Under the pieces are notes generated by a model. It was not told the DNA's origin. It saw only the letters and a program-made list of their open reading frames with translations, and searched no databases. From NCBI GenBank assembly GCA_046582655.1, contig JAYGDX010000176.1, forward strand, positions 1-36,806: a DNA stretch of 36,806 nucleotides, written 5' to 3'. The translations under genes were made by a program, and so were the position numbers. The DNA is from Candidatus Poribacteria bacterium (GTDB taxonomy: Bacteria; Poribacteria; WGA-4E; UBA9662). Position 1 is the first letter of the stretch; each line of letters opens with the position of its first letter. Shown here piece after piece: positions 29,200 to 36,806 of this stretch.

Positions 29200-31387
29200 A
29201 TTTGTCACGAAGGATACTCCGCGACTGTCAGAAAACGGATATGCCATACTAATATCGGCTATGTTTTTGCTTTCAGGAGCAATCTTAGCTTGGCATCACG
29301 AGATGTGGAGGGATGAGATACAGGCATGGCTAATTGCCAGAGATTGTAAGACTCCTTTTGAATTAATAAAGGTCTTGAAAAACTACGAAGGGCATCCCGG
29401 CTTATGGCATTTTGGACTCTTTATACTCAAATTCATAACGTATTCACCAGTGATCATGCAGCCATACCACCTAATTATCGCCACAACAACGGTTTATTTA
29501 TTTTGTAGGTTTTCACCTTTTACAAGGCTGCAAAAAGTGTTATTTTCTTTTGGCTACTTTTCCTTCTATGAATACGCCGTTATCTGCAGAAACTATGCTG
29601 TCGGTATACTACTGCTCTGCAGTTTCTGCATACTTTTCGAATCTTGGAGGAGGAAATTCCCACTTATCGGTCTAATCCTTTTTCTACTAGCCCATACTAG
29701 TGTTCATGCGCTAATTATTGTAATATCCATCTTTGCCATTATTGGAAGTCCTGTTTACTTCAGACCGACCCGAAAAATCGAAAATTGGAATCGGCTTTGC
29801 CCTAATATTGATCGGAATTGTAACGGCTATCATGCAAATTACACCGGCTTCGGACCAAGGAACGAGTCATTCTCAAGCATGGATGCTGAAATTTGATGTA
29901 AGATACCTACAGAATATCTTAAATATCTTGCCAACAGCCTTTTTTCCGATTCCGCAACCAACGTTACATTTTTGGGGATCTAACTACCTAAATAAATTAC
30001 CCTTTGCCTTTGAAATCAAATTTTCTCTATCAATCCTTATCTTATTGTCTATTGTTATTGCATTGCTCAGAAGACCAACAGTATTAGCCATGTACTTATG
30101 CGGGACAAGTAGGTTTATTAGCTTTTTTTTATACAATATACCATGGTTCGATACGACACCACGGTTTTCTCTTTATGTTATTTGTCGCTTCGATGTGGCT
30201 TTCACGCTATAGTTATCAGGAAATACGTTTCTGTAGCTTCTTAAATATTCCAATGTTAAAAAGAGTTCTAAACACAATGCTTATCATCCTTTTTGGATTG
30301 CATTCGGTTGGAGGCTTGGTAGCAGCTAGTTTGGAGTACAAACATCCCTTTTCTCAAGGCAAATCGGTGGCTCAGTTTATCAAAGAATCCAAGGCAGACA
30401 ACATGCTAATTGCTGGGGCAGCACCTGACGATTTAACACTAGAGGTTCTCGGATACTTGGAGAAAGATCAATTCTATTATCCCCGCACGAAACGATTCGG
30501 TTCTTATGGCATCTGGGACATGAAATGGCGACATGGACGAAGCACACCAATGAGTGAAGTTCTCCAGGAAATCCAGCGGTTAAGTGATGAAAGAGATGAG
30601 GACGTTATCGTGATTTCTGCTCGTCCAGTAGAAAAAATAATATTACCGAATATTCCAGACGTCATAGCACCCTTAGAAATTGGCAGAGCTGAAGATGAAA
30701 ACTATTTTACAGGATCTATTGATGAACTCCTGATGACGAAAAGGTCTTTAACTCAGGAAGAAATCCTGAAACATTTTGACTCAGGCATCGTAGAAACTAT
30801 GACTGTAGACCCTGAGACAGTTCTTGCCATGTCATTCGGTGAAGGTGAAGGTGACACCACGATAGATTTGTCAAATTATAGCAATCATGGGGTTCTAAAA
30901 GGCGCGAAATGGGAAAACGGGAAATTCAACAAGTCCCTTATGTTCGATGGTACTGCTTGGGTAGATGTCAGAAATGATGAGAGCTTGGATCTGAATGGAA
31001 CTAACTTTACGATTGCGCTTTGGGTTAACCTTAGAGGGAAGCCGAATGCCGCTTTTGTTGCCAAGGATGAAGGGTTAGGGGAAAGAAATAAGTGGTTCTT
31101 GATTTACAACCCATCCGTTAAAGATAGTAATATAGCGTTTCACATCAATCAGCCGGGTAAAGAGGGCATTTGGATTAATGCTCCATGGCATGGTGAAACA
31201 TTCCGATGGTATCAAATTGTGCTAGTAAAAAAAGGATATAGCTACATCTTTTATGTGGATGGAAAGGAAGTTAATAATATTTCAATCACGACAGCCAATA
31301 CTCCATGAAATCAAGAGATTTGGACCTTCTATCATCAATGGAGAGGTACTGAATTATTGTCTGTACCGAATATATCCTCCAGAATAG
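29200..31387 (+). pseudogene. Frameshifted polytopic membrane protein (GT-C glycosyltransferase-like) with inserted LamG domain
   Basis: HHEMWRDEIQAWLIARD, YEGHPGLWH, YEYAVICRNYA and YHGSIRHHG. Frameshifts near 29732, 30107 and 31292 join track ORFs 29261, 29733 and 30175 and a tail ending at TAG 31387. Confidence 0.75.
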
Positions 31388-31496
31388 CTATCCAAACAAA
31401 TCAGTTTAGGTAAATGATAAAATAAACCGTAAATCTTTTAAAAATGCTTCCAACGTGATTTTTCTACTGGGTAGAAAAGTTAACACGGATGAAAAT

Positions 31497-33449
31497 ATGA
31501 CTATAATTAATCGATTAATAATCGCTTTTTTGTTCTTTGTTCAGGCTTTTTTAATCAGTTGTCATTTTCAAAACCGAGAGAATCCAACCAGTATAACGAG
31601 TGAGGGCTGGCAGATTGTTCGTTCTGCAGGCAAGGACGGCAGATTAAACGCGATTTCCTTCAGCAACAAAGAAGTAGGCTGGATTGTGGGAAGTAGCGGT
31701 ATTCTTTTGAAAACAGTAGACCAGGGCAAGGCGTGGTTGAAATATGACAGCCCAGTTGATGAAAATTTTAACGAACTTTACTTTGTTAATCTTGATCGAG
31801 GATGGGTGGTTGGTGACTTTGGAATGGTGCTTCGAACTGAGGATGGTGGTCATACTTGGCGGCAACTGCCTATTCCTCGAGAGATTGAACTCTATGGTGT
31901 TCACTTTGTTGATTCTGATCGAGGATGGGTGGTTGGCGGCGATTTGACCACAGGTTATATTTTTCATACACTTAACGGTGGTAAGAACTGGGAAATTCAG
32001 TACTCGGGTTTGAATCAGCACTTATGGCATGTTACCTTCATTACAGACAACGAGGGTTGGTCTGTTGGCGTTTCCGGCACTATCCTGCATACAATGGATG
32101 CAGGCAAAACCTGGGAGATTCAGGACTCCGGTACCAACCAAACGATTTATAAAGTGAGGTTTGTCTCGAGTGAAACAGGTTGGGTTCTTGGAACTTGGGG
32201 AACCATACTACACACAACCAATGGCGGTGAAACCTGGATCCGCCAAAAAGCGCCAGGAGAACATTTCACCGATGGCTACTTTCTGGATCAGGAACAGGGC
32301 TGGTTAGTTGGTCATGAAGGCTCTCTTGCCCAGACAAAGGACGGCGGCAGAACTTGGGAGCGTCGTGAGTCTGGAACAGCCGATGCTAATCTGCTAGGTA
32401 TTGCCTTTGTCAATGAGACCGATGGGTTTGTCATCTCTTCAACGGGCGGCTTACTTTACACTACCGATGGAGGGAACTTTTGGAAAGGCAAGAATCTCAA
32501 TCCGAACGCGACGCTTAAAAGCGTCGCTTTTAGATCAGAACAGGAAGGATGGGCAGTTGGTGTCAACGGTACTATCCTTTATACTAGTGATGGCGGACAC
32601 CAATGGCGCCCAATTACCAGTGAAGCAACGGGTGAGTTTGCTACCATTCGTTTTGTTGATCACCGACAAGGATGGATTGTTGGTGACGGGGGATTTATTT
32701 TCGCTACCGAGGATGGTGGAAAACAATGGCAGGCCTATTCGACCATTCAGGAACACGGACATTTGGGCATTTGTGTTTGCCAGTTTTCCTGCTTCTGCTC
32801 CATTCCTTGTAGTTGTCCGGCACCCAAAACCACTTCACACGATGTTAGTGTGGATAACACCAGCTCTTTTCATGAACTCTATGGTGTCGACTTTGTCAAT
32901 TCCCATCAAGGCTGGGCAGTTGGTCATGAAGGCAGAATCCTTCATTCTCAGGATGGTGGGAGGACTTGGACTCAACAGGCATCACCGGTAGATTATCCTC
33001 TTTTAGGTGTTTGTTTTGTGAATCCGAAACGTGGTTGGATAGTGGGTTATCAAGGCGTTATCTTGATGACAGAAGACGGTGGACAGACTTGGGAAAGGCA
33101 GCAGAGTCACGCTGACATACCCCTGATGGATGTTTGTTTTGTCTCTGAAGACGAAGGATGGGTTGTTGGTGGTAACGGCACTATTTTACATACTTTGAAC
33201 GCAGGAGACAACTGGGAATATCAGGAAGGGCAACCTGTCAGCTTTCTGTGGCGGGTTCTTTTCAAGGATCGAAAAAAAGGCTGGGCAGTCGGAAGTGAAG
33301 GCGCTATTCTCTACACGGAAAATGGTGGGCAGACGTGGATAAAGCAGCAAAGTCGTACTGATCAATGGCTGTACGATATTACTTTAGCCGATCAAAAGAC
33401 GCTTTATGCAGTAGGCCTTTACGGAATTGTACTGAAACGCTCGTTATAA
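31497..33449 (+). CDS. YCF48/BNR-repeat beta-propeller lipoprotein (about 14 repeats)
   Basis: Lipobox LISC after MTIINR..., 13 full GW.VG..G.I..T.DGG.TW repeats plus a terminal partial repeat. Confidence 0.9.
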   Translation: MTIINRLIIAFLFFVQAFLISCHFQNRENPTSITSEGWQIVRSAGKDGRLNAISFSNKEVGWIVGSSGILLKTVDQGKAWLKYDSPVDENFNELYFVNLDRGWVVGDFGMVLRTEDGGHTWRQLPIPREIELYGVHFVDSDRGWVVGGDLTTGYIFHTLNGGKNWEIQYSGLNQHLWHVTFITDNEGWSVGVSGTILHTMDAGKTWEIQDSGTNQTIYKVRFVSSETGWVLGTWGTILHTTNGGETWIRQKAPGEHFTDGYFLDQEQGWLVGHEGSLAQTKDGGRTWERRESGTADANLLGIAFVNETDGFVISSTGGLLYTTDGGNFWKGKNLNPNATLKSVAFRSEQEGWAVGVNGTILYTSDGGHQWRPITSEATGEFATIRFVDHRQGWIVGDGGFIFATEDGGKQWQAYSTIQEHGHLGICVCQFSCFCSIPCSCPAPKTTSHDVSVDNTSSFHELYGVDFVNSHQGWAVGHEGRILHSQDGGRTWTQQASPVDYPLLGVCFVNPKRGWIVGYQGVILMTEDGGQTWERQQSHADIPLMDVCFVSEDEGWVVGGNGTILHTLNAGDNWEYQEGQPVSFLWRVLFKDRKKGWAVGSEGAILYTENGGQTWIKQQSRTDQWLYDITLADQKTLYAVGLYGIVLKRSL

Positions 33450-33519
33450 ATAACAACGATTTTTCAGATCCACTAAAAATTTATTTAACCTGGATTTTTA
33501 GTTGGACATAGTTAGTGTT

Positions 33520-34196
33520 TTACACCAAGCAGTACACACGCAGATTTTGCCATTTGGGCCATCGAAGCTGGCAAGCACACCTTTAACTATCAAACCGATG
33601 GACATTAGCCTCGAAAAGTGGTGACCGACTCATCAAGACCGCCTGAAAATTCGGTCTTGTTCAGGTTGTTGATTTGGACAAAGGTATCGACCGATTAACC
33701 ATAAGCATAGCTATCGAAAGCGGCACATTGGGCACGATAATCCTCGAAGACCTACGAATGAAATGGCATCGAGCCCAATCGTATTGTGATGATAGCTGGC
33801 CTCTCGATTGGCGAAGCAACCATTCGACTGAAGGCGGATCAGCTGCTAACCAAGGGATGTATTCAATAAATCAACTACAGCAGAGGTGGCGACTGTCTAG
33901 GGACATAGCCGAACATTATAATCACCAAATTGAAACTGAAGATTGCGGCGTAGTAATTCTAACCTTTGAAAGTGATGCTTTCGGTGTCATCCAGGCGAGG
34001 AAGTTGAGGATCCTTCAATTTGTGATTTTGAAGTTGATCCAGATCTTTCAAACAAAACATTATCGAAGATATGGTTGGTGCCATTGTTGATGACCATTCG
34101 GTGATGGTCGACGGCGCAGAAAGCCGAAAACCCGTGTCTGTTTTTAGCGCCACATATGAATCTTCTAGGACCGGAGAGATTATCACGTTTTCCTAG
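33520..34196 (+). pseudogene. Gfo/Idh/MocA oxidoreductase relic
   Basis: Fragments in different frames: TPSSTHADFAIWAIEAGKH, IKPMDIS, WHRAQSY...EGGSAANQG, IETEDCG and VDGAESRK...YESSRTG. Confidence 0.75.
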
Positions 34197-34239
34197 TCTG
34201 GACCAATTACATCCCGCATAGCTAGCAACGGGAAATTAC

Positions 34240-34902
34240 ATGGACGTAGATCTAATAACAACCCGAGATGGATCTCATACGCTTGATGTTCCTGGTTTAA
34301 AAGAGCGTTATCATTCCATTCACGGAGCGATTCAGGAATCAAAGCATGTGTTCATAGAAATGGGGTTATGCCATTTCTCCTCAGAGTCCCTCTCTATCCT
34401 AGAAGTCGGATTTGGTACTGGTCTGAACGCGTTTCTAACCTTTTTAGAAACTATAAATCAAGAAATATTGATAAATTATCATGCCCTTGAGCCGTTTCCG
34501 CTGCCTTTGAGTTGCACAATTAAATTAAATTATCTAAAACTTTTGGAAGCTGTAAAGTTTCAAAAAGTTTTTAATTTGATGCACCAGTGCCCTTGGGGGC
34601 CAGCCATTCAAGTTACTCCGCAGTACAAATTCCAAAAATCGATCCGTAAGGTACAGGACACCGACTACAAGACAGAGTTTGAATTAATCTATTACGATGC
34701 TTTTGCCCCGCACGCGCAAGCTGAAATGTGGAATGAGGATGTATTTGTAAAGATGATTGATGCCTTAAAAAGCGGGGGGGGGTTGGTAACTTATTGCGCC
34801 AAAGGAGATGTAAGACGGACTATGCAGAAGGTTGGATTCCATGTACAAAAATTACCAGGACCACGCGGCAAAAGGGAAATGCTGAGAGGTATCAAGCCCT
34901 AG
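34240..34902 (+). CDS. mnmD: tRNA mnm5s2U34 methyltransferase (stand-alone MnmC methyltransferase domain)
   Basis: TRDGSHTL, YHSIHGAIQESKHVFI, LEVGFGTGLN, YDAFAP, LVTYC and PGPRGKREM. Confidence 0.9.
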   Translation: MDVDLITTRDGSHTLDVPGLKERYHSIHGAIQESKHVFIEMGLCHFSSESLSILEVGFGTGLNAFLTFLETINQEILINYHALEPFPLPLSCTIKLNYLKLLEAVKFQKVFNLMHQCPWGPAIQVTPQYKFQKSIRKVQDTDYKTEFELIYYDAFAPHAQAEMWNEDVFVKMIDALKSGGGLVTYCAKGDVRRTMQKVGFHVQKLPGPRGKREMLRGIKP

Positions 34903-35037
34903 AGCGGAACCAGATTTTCGAATTCTTACCTGCTTCCACCTTGAGTAGCATATTCCCTTTCTGCCTCGGTTGGAAGCCTTTTCATGTCTAATTGCAATAG
35001 ACTACATCACCATTTCAGTAAACCAAAATCAGGTTTT

Positions 35038-35260
35038 TTATCGAATGTCCTGCGCACATCGAAACCCAACAATGTTTTTTTTAACTGCTATCCGAATAAT
35101 TGCTCGCCCGCTCAGCGGTAGGGGGAGGGGACCTCTAGGTATCATGCACCACCTCGTAAAACACGTCCCTCACTCGTTTCAGGTCCTCTCGGATTTTCAC
35201 CATCACTTTCTACGTAATAGAATGCACCACTCCCAAACATCACCCGCCATATCAAACGGT
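35038..35260 (-). pseudogene. FGE-sulfatase (SUMF1/EgtB-like) domain relic
   Basis: Minus-strand fragments PFDMAGDVWEWC, YYVESDGENPRGP...RVLRGGA*(TGA where W is expected) and VGFRCAQD*. Confidence 0.8.
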
Positions 35261-35313
35261 TCATTATCACCCACGGATACTTCACGCTTGCTAAGCTTCC
35301 CAGGACGGCAGTC

Positions 35314-36078
35314 TCATTTTGAGAATCCCCATATGGATAAAGCCGTTCGTCCGAAAATCCATTCTTGATCTTCTGCGCTTAGGTCGGAGAAATAGTCCAA
35401 AGGAAACTCCAGTGAATGATTGTAACCTTCTCTGGTACTAACTGGAGGATAATCGCTTCCCCACATAACTCGTTGTGGACTAAAGGCCTCAACAACCATT
35501 CGCGCCATTGGCGGAATATCAGTAAAAGGGTATGGTAATTGGCAAAATTCGCCAAATCCTGGTAACTTAATTAATAAATTAGGATATCTTGAGAGCTCCA
35601 ACATCGTTTTAAATTCTTGATATGGTGGTTTCATACTATGATTGGCACCACCCAAATGTTCGATAACAATTTTCAGATCTTGAAAGGTATTTAGGATTTG
35701 GCTGAATTCATTACCCAAAAGCGTTGATATGCTACATGGAACACTAACGACAAGATTTAATTTGTCAGCCGCTCTCCAGTGTGCCAATGGATCGGCAGTA
35801 TCAGCTCTTGAATCAGCACGGAGACGTATGCCCATGATTCCTTGTTCTGCCCAGAGGTGTATTTTTTCACCCGTGTCATTGGCTTCGACAATCATAGCCG
35901 CGGCGAAACGATTTGGAGAGGAGCGAAGACATTGGATATGGTATCTGTTATCAGTGTTTCCTGCATGTTGGATCAATACAGCTTTACTTACATTAGCTTG
36001 CTCCATATGGAACAGTAGAGACTCAATCGGTTCATACTTGCTGGTACCCGTATGACAATGCGTATCAACAATGATCAT
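35314..36078 (-). CDS. Amidohydrolase_2 family protein
   Basis: IVDTHCH, VSKAVLIQ, GIRL, IVIEHLG, MWGSDYP and IFGRTA. Confidence 0.9.
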   Translation of the reverse strand: MIIVDTHCHTGTSKYEPIESLLFHMEQANVSKAVLIQHAGNTDNRYHIQCLRSSPNRFAAAMIVEANDTGEKIHLWAEQGIMGIRLRADSRADTADPLAHWRAADKLNLVVSVPCSISTLLGNEFSQILNTFQDLKIVIEHLGGANHSMKPPYQEFKTMLELSRYPNLLIKLPGFGEFCQLPYPFTDIPPMARMVVEAFSPQRVMWGSDYPPVSTREGYNHSLEFPLDYFSDLSAEDQEWIFGRTALSIWGFSK

Positions 36079-36394
36079 TTATTCATCCTAATGATAGTTA
36101 ATTGAATTATATCAAATACATGTTAACAGTTTCCCTCGAGTTTCGAGAAAGGTCGATTTTTTTATTAAACGATAACTATGGGTTAAAAGCTTAACAGTCA
36201 GTTTGAGAGATCAGTGAACAACACATCATAAATTTACCTTCACTTGGATACTTGAGTTACTTTATAGGTTTGGCTTCCCCAACGGGCTAAAATATCTTAA
36301 CATGATTCATGTTTTAGGGCAAAGAGGCGAGTGGACCTGCTTCTCATTTTAGAACTCCAACCAGATTTTATTGACGTGTCGATAAGAATTATTT

Positions 36395-36806
36395 GGCGGA
36401 TTCAACTCTGAAACGCAAAATTCGCTCCCAATGATTTCCCCAAAAACAGCTCTGTAGGCGTTTCGTATCCAAGGCTCTTTCTGGACCTCCTGTTAAGCAA
36501 CCCCTTGACTCTCTTTACTGATCTCTCCGTAACCTCCTCAAACCGGCTCTTCTTGGGCAAGAACTGACGGATCAAACCATTGGTGTTCTCGTTTAGTCCA
36601 GGCTGCCAACAGGAGTACGGAGGAGCAAAATAGTAGTCGCACTCCAGTGCCTTGGCCACTTTCTCATGGCAGGCAAACTCCTTTCCTCGGTCCGCGGTGA
36701 GGGTCAGCACACGATCCTTGTCGGGGCGCACCAGTTCTGCCGTCTTGTTCTCTCCTTTCCTCATTAGGCTGAATTTGCTCTTTCTCTCAACGATGGCAAC
36801 CCATGC
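36395..36806 (-). mobile_element. IS30-family element: right end and degenerate C-terminal transposase, cut by the window edge
   Basis: VAIVERKSKF...LTADRGKEF...YFAPPYSCWQPGLNENTNGLIRQFLPK...LNRRSRKSLGYETP. Terminal sequence GGCGGATTCAACTCTGAAACGCAA overlaps the stop codon, as in IS30 elements. Confidence 0.88.

Noticed and set aside
29005..29316. 103-aa ORF as a gene
   Set aside because: No recognisable motifs, and it overlaps the start of the membrane-protein frame.
31497..33449. YCF48 as evidence of photosynthesis
   Set aside because: These repeats are generic BNR propellers, and there are no photosystem genes in the window.
34970..35368. 132-aa plus-strand ORF
   Set aside because: It is the antisense of the FGE-domain relic.
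385..36055. Many short antisense or overlapping ORFs in the track (for example 10337-10846, 7139-7645, 28093-28560, 32401-32991)
   Set aside because: They shadow well-supported genes and show no motifs or RBS.
1..36806. tRNA, rRNA, prophage or defence genes
   Set aside because: None recognised on either strand.

Overview
A 36.8 kb AT-leaning, metabolically rich chromosomal segment from a diderm bacterium, most likely Candidatus Poribacteria. This is an inference from the LamG protein ending AVDxxGKLAxTWGxIK and from the PhyH, sulfatase, GH127 and BNR/YCF48 gene content. Intact genes: LamG secreted protein, GH127, ggt, sulfatase, PhyH, amtB, an outer-membrane beta-barrel, a pentaheme cytochrome c, hemG/hemY, two NAD-dependent epimerases, a Rieske ferredoxin, a lone groEL, a Rid-like protein with an amidohydrolase, a GntR/BKACE/TIM-barrel/Zn-ADH/hypothetical catabolic cluster, a 14-repeat BNR lipoprotein, mnmD and an amidohydrolase_2. 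Relics: about six pseudogenes and an IS30 end. Main observations: (1) amtB and the beta-barrel gene share one sigma54 promoter architecture, with tandem 17-bp enhancer-like sites at identical spacing, and both have long leaders with predicted structure; (2) a circularly permuted LamG domain sits inside a membrane-protein gene between microhomologous junctions; (3) a His plus (CxCxxx)2CxC loop is inserted in a beta-propeller lipoprotein; (4) the C-terminal TWG motif is a candidate sorting signal; (5) a divergent BKACE pathway. All family calls come from motif recognition, not database searches.
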